From Hypanus sabinus (Eukaryota), in contig NC_082720.1 of assembly GCF_030144855.1 (NCBI RefSeq), positions 87,420,001-87,484,000 of the forward strand: a DNA stretch of 64,000 nucleotides, given 5' to 3'. A program made the position numbers and the translations under genes. Below the pieces are notes generated by a model. It was not told the DNA's origin. It saw only the letters and a program-made list of their open reading frames with translations, and ran no database searches. Below, piece by piece: positions 1 through 13,495 of the stretch. Positions within the stretch are counted from its first letter, which is position 1. The number at the start of each line of letters is the position of its first letter.

Positions 1-3000
1 GAACTCTGGACCTGGTTGGGTTTGAACTCAGGACCTGGTTGGGTTGGAACTCAGGACCTGGTTGGGTTTGAACTCAGGACCTGGTTGGGTTTGAACTCAG
101 GACCTGGCCGGGTTTGAACTCAGGACCTGGGCCGGGTTTGAACTCAGAACTGGTTGGGTTTGAACTCAGAACCTGGTTGGGTTTGAACTCAGAACCTGGT
201 TGGGTTTGAACTCAGGACCTGGTTGGGATTGAACTCAGGACCTGGTTGGGTTTGAACTCAGGACCTGGTTGGGTTTGAACTCAGGACCTGGTTGGGTTGG
301 AACTCAGGACCTGGGCCGGGTTTGAACTCAGAACTGGTTGGGTTTGAACTCAGAACTGGTTGGGTTTGAACTCAGAACCTGGTTGGTTTTGAACTCAGGA
401 CCTGGCCGGGTTGGAACTCAGGACCAAGCCGGGTTGGAACTCAGGACCTGGTTGGGTTGGAACTCAGAACCTGGTTGGGTTTGAACACAGGACCTGGTTG
501 GGTTTGAACTCAGGACCTGGTTGGGTTTGAACTCAGGACCTGGTTGGGTTTGAACTCAGAACCTGGTTGGGTTGGAACTCAGGACCTGGTTGGGTTTGAA
601 CTCAGGACCTGGTTGGGTTGGAACTCAGGACCTGGTTGGGTTTGAACTCAGGACCTGGTTGGGTTGGAACTCAGGACCTGGTTGGGTTTGACTTAAGGAC
701 CTGGTTGGGTTTGAACTCAGGACCTGGCGGGGTTTGAACTCAGGACCTGGGCCGGGTTTGAACTCAGAACTGGTTGTGTTTGAACTCAGAACCTGGTTGG
801 GTTTGAACTCAGAACCTGGTTGGGTTTGAACTCAGGACCTGGTTGGGTTTGAACTCAGGACCTGGTTGGGTTTGAACTCAGGACCTGGTTGGGTTTGAAC
901 TCAGGACCTGGTTGGGTTGGAACTCAGGACCTGGTTGGGTTTGAACTCAGGACCTGGTTGGGTTGGAACTCAGGACCTGGCCGGTTTGGAACTCAGGACC
1001 TGGTTGGGTTTGAACTCAGGACCTGGCCGGGTTGGAACTCAGGACCTGGCCGGGTTGGAACTCAGGACCTGGCCGGGTTGGAAGTCAGAACCTGGTTGGG
1101 TTTGAACTCAGAACCTGGTTTGGTTGGAACTCAGGACCTGGCCGGGTTTGAATTCAGGACCTGGTTTGGTTGGAACTCAGGACCTGGTTGGGTTGGAACT
1201 CAGGACCTGGTTGGGTTGGAAATCAGGACCTGGTTGGGTTGGAACTCAGGACCTGGCCGGGTTGGAACTCAGGACCTGGTTGGGTTGGAACTCAGAACCT
1301 GGTTGGGTTTGAACTCAGAAACTGGTTGGTTTGGAACTCAGGACCTGGCCAGACTGGAACTCAGGACCTGGCCGGGTTTGAACTCAGGATGTGGTTGGGT
1401 TTGAACTCAGGACCTGGCCAGGTTGGAACTCAGGACCTGGCCGGGTTTGAACTCAGGACCTGGTTGGGTTTGAACTCAGGACCTGGGTGGGTTTGAACTC
1501 AGGACCTGGTTGGGTTTGAACTCAGAACCTGGTTGGGTTGGAACTCAGGACCTGGTTGGGTTTGAACTCAGGACCTGGTTGGGTTGGAACTCTGGACCTG
1601 GTTGGGTTTGAACTCAGGACCTGGTTGGGTTGGAACTCAGGACCTGGTTGGGTTTGAACTCAGGACCTGGTTGGGTTTGAACTCAGGACCTGGCCGGGTT
1701 TGAACTCAGGACCTGGGCCGGGTTTGAACTCAGAACTGGTTGGGTTTGAACTCAGAACCTGGTTGGGTTTGAACTCAGAACCTGGTTGGGTTTGAACTCA
1801 GGACCTGGTTGGGTTTGAACTCAGGACCTGGTTGGGTTTGAACTCAGGACCTGGTTGGGTTTGAACTCAGGACCTGGTTGGGTTGGAACTCAGGACCTGG
1901 GCCGGGTTTGAACTCAGAACTGGTTGGGTTTGAACTCAGAACTGGTTGGGTTTGAACTCAGAACCTGGTTGGTTTTGAACTCAGGACCTGGCCGGGTTGG
2001 AACTCAGGACCAAGCCGGGTTGGAACTCAGGACCTGGTTGGGTTGGAACTCAGAACCTGGTTGGGTTTGAACACAGGACCTGGTTGGGTTGGAACTCAGG
2101 ACCTGGTTGGGTTTGAACTCAGGACCTGGTTGGGTTTGAACTCAGGACCTGGCCGGGTTTGAACTCAGGACCTGGGCCGGGTTTGAACTCAGAACTGGTT
2201 GGGTTTGAACTCAGAACCTGGTTGGGTTGGAACTCAGGACCTGGCCGGTTTGGAACTCAGGACCTGGTTGGGTTTGAACTCAGGACCTTGCCGGGTTGGA
2301 ACTCAGGACCTGGCCGGTTTGGAACACAGGACCTGGTTGGGTTTGAACTCAGGACCTGGTTGTGTTGGAACTCAGGACCTGGCCGGGTTTGAACTCAGGA
2401 TGTGGTTGGGTTTGAACTCAGGACCTGACCGGGTTGGAACTCAGGACCTGGCCGGGTTTGAACTCAGGACCTGGTTGGGTTTGAACTCAGGACCTGGTTG
2501 GGTTTGAACTCAGAACCTGGTTGGGTTGGAACTCAGGACCTGGCCGGTTTGGAACTCAGGACCTGGTTGGGTTTGAACTCAGGACCTTGCCGGGTTGGAA
2601 CTCAGGACCTGGCCGGTTTGGAACACAGGACCTGGTTGGGTTTGAACTCAGGACCTGGTTGGTTTGGAACTCAGGACCTGGCCGGGTTTGAACTCAGGAT
2701 GTGGTTTGGTTGGAACTCAGGACCTGGTTGGGTTGGAACTCAGGACCTGGTTGGGTTTGAACTCAGAACCTGGTTGGGTTGGAACTCAGGACCTGGCCGG
2801 TTTGGAACTCAGGACCTGGTTGGGTTTGAACTCAGGACCTTGCCGGGTTGGAACTCAGGACCTGGCCGGTTTGGAACACAGGACCTGGTTGGGTTTGAAC
2901 TCAGGACCTGGTTTGGTTGGAACTCAGGACCTGGCCGGGTTTGAATTCAGGACCTGGTTTGGTTGGAACTCAGGACCTGGTTGGGTTGGAACTCAGGACC

Positions 3001-6000
3001 TGGTTGGGTTGGAAATCAGGACCTGGTTGGGTTGGAACTCAGGACCTGGCCGGGTTGGAACTCAGGACCTGGTTGGGTTGGAACTCAGAACCTGGTTGGG
3101 TTTGAACTCAGAACCTGGTTGGTTTGGAACTCAGGACCTGGCCAGACTGGAACTCAGGACCTGGCCGGGTTTGAACTCAGGATGTGGTTGGGTTTGAACT
3201 CAGGACCTGGCCAGGTTGGAACTCAGGACCTGGCCGGGTTTGAACTCAGGACCTGGTTGGGTTTGAACTCAGGACCTGGTTGGGTTTGAACTCAGGACCT
3301 GGTTGGGTTTGAACTCAGAACCTGGTTGGGTTGGAACTCAGGACCTGGTTGGGTTTGAACTCAGGACCTGGTTGGGTTGGAACTCTGGACCTGGTTGGGT
3401 TTGAACTCAGGACCTGGTTGGGTTGGAACTCAGGACCTGGTTGGGTTTGAACTCAGGACCTGGTTGGGTTTGAACTCAGGACCTGGCCGGGTTTGAACTC
3501 AGGACCTGGGCCGGGTTTGAACTCAGAACTGGTTGGGTTTGAACTCAGGACCTGGTTGGGTTTGAACTCAGAACCTGGTTGGGTTTGAACTCAGGACCTG
3601 GTTGGGTTTGAACTCAGGTCCTGGTTGGGTTTGAACTCAGGACCTGGTTGGGTTTGAACTCAGGACCTGGTTGGGTTGGAACTCAGGACCTGGGCCGGGT
3701 TTGAACTCAGAACTGGTTGGGTTTGAACTCAGAACTGGTTGGGTTTGAACTCAGAACCTGGTTGGGTTTGAACTCAGGACCTGGCCGGGTTGGAACTCAG
3801 GACCAAGCCGGGTTGGAACTCAGGACCTGGTTGGGTTGGAACTCAGAACCTGGTTGGGTTTGAACACAGGACCTGGTTGGGTTGGAACTCCGGACCTGGT
3901 TGGGTTTGAACTCAGGACCTGGTTGGGTTTGAACTCAGGACCTGGCCGAGTTTGAACTCAGGACCTGGGCCGGGTTTGAACTCAGAACTGGTTGGGTTTG
4001 AACTCAGAACCTGGTTGGGTTTGAACTCAGAACCTGGTTGGGTTGGAACTCAGGACCTGGCCGGGTTGGAACTCAGGACCTGGCCAGACTGGAACTCAGG
4101 ACCTGGTTGGGTTGGAACTCATGACCTGGCCAGACTGGAACTCAGGACATGGTTGGGTTGGAACTCAGGACCTGGTTGGGTTGGAACTCAGGACCTGGTT
4201 GGGTTGGAACTCAGGACCTGGCCAGACTGGAACTCAGGACATTGTTGGGTTGGAACTCAGGACCTGGTTGGGTTGGAACTCAGGACCTGGTTGGGTTTGA
4301 ACTCAGGACCTGGTTGGGTTTGAACTCAGAACCTGGTTTGGTTGGAACTCAGGACCTGGCCGGGTTTGAACTCAGGACCTGGTTTGGTTGGAACTCAGGA
4401 CCTGGTTGGGTTGGAACTCAGGACCTGGTTGGGTTGGAAATCAGGACCTGGTTGTGTTGGAACTCAGGACCTGGCCGGGTTGGAACTCAGGACCTGGTTG
4501 GGTTGGAACTCAGAACCTGGTTGGGTTTGAACTCAGAACCTGGTTGGGTTGGAACTCAGGACCTGGCCAGACTGGAACTCAGGACCTGGCCAGACTGGAA
4601 CTCAGGACCTGGTTGGGTTGGAACTCAGGACCTGGCCAGACTGGAACTCAGGACCTGGTTGGGTTGGAACTCAGGACCTGGCCAGACTGGAACTCAGGAC
4701 CTGGCCGGGTTGGAACTCAGGACCTGGTTTGATTGGAATTCAGGACCTGGTTGGGTTGAACGCAGGATGTGGTTGGATTCGAACTCAGGACCTGGCCGGG
4801 TTGGAACTCAGGACCTGGCTGGGTTTGAACTCAGGACCTGGCCGGGTTGGAACTCAGGACCTGGCTGGGTTTGAACTCAGAACCTGGTTTGGTTGGAACT
4901 CAGGACCTGGCCGGGTTTGAACTCAGGACCTGGTTTGGTTGGAACTCAGGACCTGGTTGGGTTGGAACTCAGGACCTGGTTGGGTTGGAAATCAGGACCT
5001 GGTTGTGTTGGAACTCAGGACCTGGCCGGGTTGGAACTCAGGACCTGGTTGGGTTGGAACTCAGAACCTGGTTGGGTTTGAACTCAGAACCTGGTTGGGT
5101 TGGAACTCAGGACCTGGCCAGACTGGAACTCAGGACCTGGCCAGACTGGAACTCAGGACCTGGTTGGGTTGGAACTCAGGACCTGGCCAGACTGGAACTC
5201 AGGACCTGGTTGGGTTGGAACTCAGGACCTGGCCAGACTGGAACTCAGGACCTGGCCGGGTTGGAACTCAGGACCTGGTTTGATTGGAATTAAGGACCTG
5301 GTTGGGTTGAACGCAGGATGTGGTTGGATTCGAACTCAGGACCTGGCCGGGTTGGAACTCAGGACCTGGCTGGGTTTGAACTCAGGACCTGGCCGGGTTG
5401 GAACTCAGGACCTGGCTGGGTTTGAACTCAGGACCTGGCCGGGTTTGAACTCAGGTCCTGGTTGGGTTGGAACTCAGGACCTGGTTGGGTTGGAACTCAG
5501 GACCTGGTTGGGTTTGAACTCAGGACCTGGTTGGGTTTGAACTCAGAACCTGGTTGGGTTGGAACTCAGGACCTGGCCGGGTTTGAACTCAGGACCTGGT
5601 TGGGTTGGAACTCAGAACCTGGTTGGGTTGGAACTCAGAACCTGGTTGGGTTTGAACTCAGGACCTGGTTGGGTTTGAACTCAGGACCTGGTTGGGTTGG
5701 AACTCAGGACCTGGCCGGGTTTGAACTCAGGACCTGGTTGGGTTTGAACTCAGGACCTGGTTGGGTTGGAACTCAGGACCTGGCCGGGTTTGAACTCAGG
5801 ACCTGGTTGGGTTGGAACTCAGGACCTGGCCGGGTTTGAACTCAGGACCTGGTTGGGTTGGAACTCAGAACCTGGTTGGGTTTGAACTCAGGACCTGGTT
5901 GGGTTTGAACTCAGGACCTGGTTGGGTTGGAACTCAGGACCTGGCCGGGTTTGAACTCAGGACCTGGTTGGGTTTGAACTCAGGACCTGGTTGGGTTTGA

Positions 6001-6092
6001 ACTCAGAACCTGGTTGGGTTGGAACTCAGGACCTGGCCGGGTTTGAACTCAGGACCTGGTTGGGTTGGAACTCAGGACCTGGCCGGGTTTGA
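1..6092. repeat. 23-bp tandem satellite (GGACCTGGTTGGGTT[T/G]GAACTCA), ~265 copies, runs off the left edge of the window
   Basis: Directly visible 23-bp period with recurrent variants (GGCCGGG, CAGAACC, CCAGACTGG) and higher-order duplications of 1586/1793 bp and 551 bp. Confidence 0.98.
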
Positions 6093-6609
6093 AGTTTAGT
6101 GCTGTTGCCAGTACTCCACCGGCACTTTATGAAAGGCAAGCAGTTGGAGTATATAAGCTATTTTCTGTATTCATATTTATTCTGTTCTTTTATTATTGTG
6201 TTTCTTTGTGCTGTGTTGGACCCAGAGTAACAATTCATCTATTCCCCTTTACACTTGTGAACTAGAAATTATATTAAACAATATTCTGCCTTGTTCCCTA
6301 GTGAATCGGAGAAGCTCTCTGCCCACTGGAGGCCACTTCCGCTGACACAGACGTCTCCGGGTCATTCTGCGGATGTGAAACTTTGGTTGGAACCTGAGTT
6401 CCCCTTTTGATGGTTGAATTCGCTGACTCCTGCGCTGTGTGCTGATCCCATTGGTGTGTGTTTTCCTGCTCTGCGTCCTGCGTCTGTTGGTCAGCTCCGA
6501 GGCTGCCTGGATTCAAGGAGTTCCTAGTACACACGACTGTGGCTATAGTCAGGGGCCACCTCCTGTACTTGATAAAATGGTCACTGAGTCTACATTCCTC
6601 GTCCTCTGC

Positions 6610-6905
6610 TGCTGCAGCCCATCCTCTTCAACGTGAGAGGCTGTTCTGCACACCACTGCTGTAATGTGTGGTTATTTGAGTTACTGTCAGCTTGAACCAG
6701 TCTGGCCATTCTCCTCTGACCTCTCTCACTAACAAGGTGTTTTTTGTCTACAGAACTGTCACTGGATGTTTTCTTGTCTCTGTAAACTTTAGACTGTTGT
6801 GAGTAAAAATCCCAGGAGATCAGTGGTTTCTGACATACTGAAACCACCCAACAATCATTCCACAGTCGAAGTTACTTACATCACATGTTTGGCCACTGAA
6901 TGCAT
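6610..6905 (-). mobile_element. Tc1/mariner-like DNA transposon remnant
   Basis: Same sequence as the 33.1-33.5 kb copy (GAGATCAG[T/C][G/A]GTTTCTGA..TACT..AACCACCC), which encodes the Tc1 N-terminal motif GLSISETADLLGFS on the minus strand. Confidence 0.7.
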
Positions 6906-7099
6906 TGCAACTGGGATGAAGATAAGGGGAGGTGGCTGGGGATTTTCCTACAATGCTGTGGTGGGAGGAGGCAGACATCCATTCCTGTGGGAGGACCCGG
7001 AGAAATTGGTGAGGGTGTGGTCTGTCACAGGATGGGGATGGAGGGACGCTCATTGGTCTAAAGAGCACCCCACGTTGTGCATCGTTCACCAGGCCTACT

Positions 7100-7385
7100 G
7101 AATCAGCTCCCCCATGATCACCAGCCTCCTCAGCACTAAGGGTACCTTCAAAAGACAATACTGTACCCCCAAAAAGCAGCATGGTCATTAAGGACCCCCA
7201 TCTCCCAGGACATGCCCTCTTCTCATTGCCACCATCAGGAAGAAGGTACAGGAGCGTGAAGACACACACTCAATGATTCAGGAACCGTCCACTATCGAGT
7301 TTCTGAATGAACAATGGATCCATGAACAGTTCCTTATTACTTTTTATCTGCCTTTTCGCACTCATTTATTTAGCTTCTTTAATTT
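7100..7385 (+). mobile_element. Rex1/Babar LINE 3' fragment
   Basis: AAGGACCCCCATCTCCCAGGACATGCCCTCTTCTCATTGCCACCATCAGGAAGAAGGTACAGGAGC reads KDPHLPGHALFSLPPSGRRYRS, the Rex1 C-terminal motif. Confidence 0.7.
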
Positions 7386-10010
7386 TAGATAGAGTCATAG
7401 AAAACTACAGTGCAGAAACAGGCATTTTGGCCCATCCAGTTCATGCTGATCCATTTAAACAGCCTACTCCCATCGACCTGCCCTGGGACGATAGCCCTCC
7501 ATTTTTCTCTGCACTCTTTCAATATTATTTACATCTTTTCTGTAGGCAGATGATCAGAACTACACACAACACTGCAAATTAAGCCTTATTAACATCTCAT
7601 ACAACTTCAACGTAACTCTTGTATTCAGGACTTTGATTTAAGAAACTCAATGTGTCAAAAGCTTTCTTTGCAACCTTATCTACGTGTGATGCCGCTTTCA
7701 ATGAATAATGGACCTGTATCCCCTGATCCATTTGTCCTACCACACTCCTCGGTGCCCGACCGTTCACTGTGTAAGACCCACCCTGCCTGTGAAGTGCAAC
7801 ACTTCACACTTGTCTGTGTTAAATTCCATCTGCCACTTTCAGCCCATCTTTACAGCTGGTCTCGATCCTGCTGCAACCTCCGGAAATTGTTCCCTCTTTC
7901 CGCTCTTCCCATAGTCTTGATGTCACCCGCATGTCTGCTGATCCAGTTGACCACATTCTCATCCAGATCGTTGATACAGATGACAAACAACAAAGGACCC
8001 AGCACCGATCCTTACAGCACTCCACTAGTCACAGGCCTCCAGTCAAGAGAGGCAACCCTCTACTACCTCTCTACTACTCTGGCTTCTCCCACAATCCAAT
8101 TTACTACCTCATCCTGAATGTGAAATGACTGAACCTTCTTGACCAGCCTCCCATGTAGGACCTTGTCTAATTCCTTAATGAAGTCCACGTAGATTACATT
8201 CACTGCCTTGCCTTCATCCACTTTATCAGTAACTTCCTTTTGAAAATCTCGATAAGATTGGTTAGACACAATGTACCAAGCACAAACCCATGCTGATTAT
8301 CCCTAATCAGTCCATGCCTATCCAAATATTTATATATACAGTGCCTTAGAATACCTTCCAATAATTTTCCCACTACTGATGTCAGACACACCGGCCTATA
8401 ATTTCCTGGTTTATTCTTGGAGCCTTTCTTAAACCGTGGAACAACATTGGCTGTGCTCCGATCCTCTGGTACCTCACCTGACACTAAGCAAGATTTGAAT
8501 ATCTCTGCTGGGGCTTTGGCGGTTTCTTGTCTTCCACAGGGTCTGAGGGAAAACCTTGTCAGGGCCTGAGGATTTATCTGCCCCAATTTGCCCCAAGACA
8601 GCAATCACCTCCTCTTCTGTAGTCTGTACGGTGCCCACGACCTCACTGCTGTTTTGCCTCACTTCTGTAGACTCTGTGTCCATCTCCCAAGTAAATACAG
8701 ATGCAAAAAATACATTTAACATCTCCTCCATCTTTTTGGCTTCGTGTAGAGATACCATTCCGATCTTCCAGATGACCAGTTTGGTCCCTTGCGATCCTTT
8801 TGCTCTTACAATCCCTCAGATTCTCCTTCATCTTGTCTGCCAGGGCAACCTCATGCCTCCTGACTTCGTCCTTACCTGTTCTCTTCAAGTATCACCTTCG
8901 TCCTTACCTGCCTATGCCTGCTATACACCTGCTTTTTTTTCTTAACCAGGGACTCAATGTCTCTTGAAAACCAGGGTTGCCTAAGCCTATCCTTGCCTTG
9001 TAATCTGACAAGCACATACAAGCTTTGTACTCAAAATTTCTCTTTTGATAGCCTCCCACTTACCAGGTAAACTTTTGCCGGAAAACAGCCTGTGCCAATC
9101 CACACTTTCCACATCCTTTCTGATACCATCAAAATTGGCCTTTCTCTAATTTAGAATTCCAACCAAAGGACCAGACTTTTCCTTTTCCATAATTACATCG
9201 AAACTAATGCCATTATGATCATTAGATGCAAAATGTTCCCCTATACAAACTTGTGTCACCTGCCCTGTTTCGTTCCCCAATAAGAGATGAAGTATTGCAC
9301 TCTCTCTTGCTGGGACTTCTATGTACTGTTTAAGGTAACTTCCCTGAACACATTTGACAAACTCTAGTCATTTTACAGTGTGGGAGTCCCAGTCAATACG
9401 TGGAAAGTTAAAGTCACCTACTATCACAACCTTATGTTCCTTGCAACAGTCTGCAATCTCTCTACAAATTTGTTCCTCTAAATCCCTCTAACTGTTGGGT
9501 GGTCTGTAATACAGCCCCATTAACGTAGTCATACTTTTCTTATGGCAAACACGAGGAAATCTGCAGATGCTGGAAATTCAAACAACACACACAAAATGCT
9601 GGTGAAACGCAGCAGGCCAGGCAGCATCTATAGGGAGAAACACTGTTGACATTTCGGGCCGAGACCCTTCCTCAGGATACTTTACTTATTCCTCATTTTG
9701 ACCCATAAAGCTTCACTAAACAAGTTCTCCAGTCTGTCGTGATGGAGCACTGCCGTGATATTGTCCCTGACTAGTAATAGCACCCCCCCCTCCTTTAATC
9801 CCTCCCACTGTCTTGTCTAACACAACGGAACCCTGGAATACTGAGCTTCCAATCCTGCCCCTTCTGCAACCGAGTCTCAGTAATGGCTACAACGTCACAA
9901 TTCCGCGTGTTGACACAGTCCTTGTGCAAATGTACAGCACATATCCAGTACTTCTGCAATTTGTAGATTTTTAATGTATTGCAGAGTACTGCTGGCACAA
10001 AACAACTAAT
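7385..10010 (-). mobile_element. Degenerate CR1 LINE (APE endonuclease, RT and 3' end), interrupted by a Penelope-terminal fragment at ~9545-9678
   Basis: Minus-strand ORFs carry DVVAITETRLQKGQDW (APE) and FKKGSKNKPGNYRPVCLTSVVGKLLE and VIYVDFIKELDKVLHGRL (RT), with many frameshifts. Confidence 0.88.
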
Positions 10011-10030
10011 TCCACGACATATGCCAAACA

Positions 10031-10375
10031 AGAGAAAATCTACAGATGCTGGAAATCCAAGCAACACACACAAAATGCCGGAGGAACTCAGCAGGCCGGG
10101 CAACATCCACGGAAAAAGTACAGTCGATGTTTCAGGCCGAGACCCTTCGGCAGGACCGGAGGAAAAAAGCTGAGGGGTAGATTTAAAAGGCGTGCGGAAG
10201 GGGAGAGCAAGAGAAACACAAGGTGACAGGTGAAACCTGAAGGGTGAGGGATGAAGTGAGGAACTGGGGAGTTGATTGGCAAAGGAGACAGAGGGCCGGA
10301 GAAGGGAGAGTCTGACAGAAGAGGACAGAAGGCCGTGGAAGAAAGAAAAGGGGGGAGGAACACCGGGGGAGGCCT
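10031..10375 (-). mobile_element. Penelope-like element terminal fragment
   Basis: Matches the terminal sequence (AAATCTACAGATGCTGGAAATCC...GAACTCAGCAGG...) that is joined to the GIY-YIG coding end at 59.0-59.6 kb. Confidence 0.7.
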
Positions 10376-10459
10376 CATGACATCTACCAGTGAAATTAAA
10401 GCAGATTCTGATTCACAGAGTCAAGGCCTCCCACTGAGTCCATCTGACTGTCATGAATT

Positions 10460-10866
10460 GATATTCTACCCCTTATTTTACCTTCAGGCCCCTCAGGTCG
10501 GCTGACTTGGGGCTTTTGGCTGTCCTGCGATCTAAACTTAAGCTCAGGGGTGACCATGCCTTTGCTATTGTAGTTTCAAGACAGCATTCCCTCCCTATCA
10601 GATCTGCCCCCTCCATCGACTCTTTTAAATCCAGGCTCAAAACTTACTTTTATTCACTAGCGTTTGAATCCTCCTGTTGTGGCTGAGTTTTGGCTTGTGC
10701 CTAGGCCCTTGTGTTGTCTTTTTTGTGCCTATAAGCTGCTTGCCTTGTTGGTTATGTCTGTGTTTCTTGTATTTGTGATTTTAGCTCTCTCCTCTGATCT
10801 GTACAGCACTTCGATCAACGTGGGTTGTTTTTAAATGTGCTATATAAATAAACTTGTCTTGACTTG
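10460..10866 (+). mobile_element. L2-type LINE 3' end
   Basis: Decayed LRGDHAFA...IRSAPSIDSFKSRLKTYFYSLAF motif, then an AATAAA and a (CTTGA)n-like tail. Confidence 0.65.
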
Positions 10867-12029
10867 AATCAATCTGTATGAACATTTCAGAGAAATTTAG
10901 ATCGGTACATGGAGAGGAGGGGTGTGCTGGGCTGTGTTCTGGGTGTAGGTTGATGGAAGTAGTTTGCCATGCACTAGATGGGCTGAATGGCTGCTTCCAT
11001 GCTGACATGACCCCACAAGCCTTGAGTCTCAGAATTCCTCTTCCAGCTGCCACGACAATTCAATACCAGTCACCTACTGATGTGACTTTTCGCCTGAATT
11101 GGTGAGACTAGAACTACAGTTCAAGGCTTGAGGGTGAAAGGGGAAGCTGAGGGAGACTGTCTTCACCCACAGGGTGCTGAGAGTGTGGAACGAGCTGCCA
11201 ATGGAATCTGAATCCGAACCAGAATCAGGCTTCAAATCACTGGCGTATGTTGTGGAATTTGTTGTTTTGGGCCAGCAGTACTTTGCAATACATAATAAAT
11301 AATCTGTAAATCACAATTAAAAATATAACAAAAATTTAATTAAATGAGTAGCAGAACAAGTGAGGAAGAAAGCTGAGGCTGAGCTTATTCGTTCATTGTC
11401 CATTCAGAATCTGATGGCGGAGAGGAAGGGAGGAAACCGTAACTGAGTTGAGGGAAATGGGGAGAACAGGAACGGGGTATTGATTGTGGATGATCAGCCA
11501 TGATCACAGAGAATGGCAGTGCTGGCTCAAAGGGCCGAATGGCCTATTCCTGCACCTATTCTCTATTGTCTGTTGAGTGTCTTCAGGCTCCTGTCCCTCT
11601 TCCTTGATGGTAGCAATGAGAAGAGGGTGTGTCCTGGGTGATGGGGGTTCTTAAGGAATGGTGGACGTGGCTTTGATTGCAAGATTTCAGAGAAAATTGG
11701 ATAGGTACATGAACGGGAGGGGTGTGGAGGGCTGTGGTCCCGGTGCAGGTCAATGGGACCAGGTGGGTTAACGGTTCAGCATGGACTAGATGGGCTGAAG
11801 GGCATGTTTCTGTGCTGTAGTGCTCTATGACTTGATGCTTTTCACTGTGCCCCCGCAGTGTCACAATAATAACACACACCTAGTTGAAATTCCCATTCCA
11901 GACAGTGATATGATTGAATGGCAGAATAGACATCGACGGGCTGAATGGCCTCTAATCCTTAACTGATCTGTTTGGAAAAAGCCAGTCTGCATTGGGAAAG
12001 AGAAGGCAGTGCTGGAGCGAGGCTTAACT

Positions 12030-12235
12030 TCTCAACACAAGAGATTCTGCAGATGCTGGAAATCCAGAGCAACACACACAAAATACTAGAGGAATTCAGC
12101 AGGTCTGACAGCATCTATGGAGAGGAATAAACAATTAATTGTCAAGCCAAGTCCCTTCATCAGAACTGGAAAGAAAGGGGTCAAAGCCAGAATAAGAAGG
12201 TGGGGGAGGGGAGGAGTACAAACTGGGAGGTGATA
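12030..12235 (-). mobile_element. Penelope-like terminal fragment leading directly into the G-rich minisatellite
   Basis: ACACAAGAGATTCTGCAGATGCTGGAAATCC...GAGGAGTACAAACTGGGAGGTGATAGG is homologous to 59045-59300. Confidence 0.75.
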
Positions 12236-13495
12236 GGTGAGACCAGGTGAGGGGGAAGGTGGGTGGGGGAGGAGGATGAAGTGAGACACTGGGAGGTGAT
12301 AGGTGAGACCAGGTGAGGGGGAAGGTGGGTGGGTGGGGAGGGGGATGAAGTGAGACACTGGGAGGTGATAGGTGAGACCAGGTGAGGGGGAAGGTGGGTG
12401 GGTGGGCGAGGGGGATGAAGTGAGACACTGGGAGGTGATAGGTGAGACCAGGTGAGGGGGAAGGTGAGTGGGTGGGTGGGGGATGAAGTGAGACACTGGG
12501 AGGTGACAGGTGAGACCAGGTGAGGGGGAAGGTGAGTGGGTGGGTGGGGGATGAACTGAGACACTGGGAGGTGACAGGTGAGACCAGGTGAGGGGGAAGG
12601 TGGGTGGGTGGGTGGGGGATGAAGTGAGACACTGGGAGGTGACAGGTGAGACCAGGTGAGGGGGAAGGTGAGTGGGTGGGTGGGGGATGAAGTGAGACAC
12701 TGGGAGGTGATAGGTGAGGCCAGGTGAGGGGGAAGGTGGGTGGGTGGGTGGGGGATGAAGTGAGACACTGGGAGGTGACAGGTGAGACCAGGTGAGGGGG
12801 AAGGTGAGTGGGTGGGTGGGGGATGAAGTGAGACACTGGGAGGTGATAGGTGAGGCCAGGTGAGGGGGAAGGTGGGTGGGTGGGGGAGGAGGATGAAATG
12901 AGACACTGGGAGGTGATAGGTGAGACCAGATGAGGGGGAAGGTGGGTGGGTGGGGAGGAGGATGAAGTGAGACACTGGGAGGTGATAGGTGAGACCAGGT
13001 GAGGGGGAAGGTGGGTGGGGGAGGGGGATGAAGTGAGACACTGGGAGGTGAAAGGTGAGACCAGGTGAGGGGGAAGGTGGGTGGGTGGGGAGGGGATGAA
13101 GTGAGACACTGGGAGGTGATAGGTGAGACCAGGTGAGGGGGAAGGTGGGTGGGGAGGGGGATGAAGTGAGACACTGGGAGGTGATAGGTGAGACCAGGTG
13201 AGGGGGAAGGTGGGTGGGTGGGGGAGGGGATGAAGTGAGACACTGGGAGGTGATAGGTGAGACCAGGTGAGGGTGAAGGTGGGTGGGGGAGGGGGATGAA
13301 GTGAGACACTGGGAGGTGATAGGTGAGACCAGGTGAGGGGGAAGGTGGGTGGGGAGGGGGATGAAGTGAGACACTGGGAGGTGATAGGTGAGACCAGGTG
13401 AGGGGGAAGGTGGGTGGGTGGGGAGGGGATGAAGTGAGACACTGGGAGGTGATAGGTGTGACCAGGTGAGAGGGAAGGTGGGTGGGTGAGGGGAG
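12222..13495. repeat. G-rich minisatellite, ~65-70 bp unit, ~19 copies (left part of the array)
   Basis: Unit GAAGTGAGACACTGGGAGGTGATAGGTGAGACCAGGTGAGGGGGAAGGTGGGTGGGTGGGGAGGGGGAT; length variation is in the G tracts. Confidence 0.97.

Noticed and set aside
889-6265. Many overlapping ORFs of W/G/T/Q-rich repeats
   Set aside because: They are translations of the 23-bp satellite through all frames, mostly with non-ATG starts; there is no coding signal.
6439-6636. Signal-peptide-like ORF (LIPLVCVFLLCVLRLLVSSEA...)
   Set aside because: It starts at GTG, runs into a Tc1 remnant, has no recognisable domain, and I found no supporting exons.
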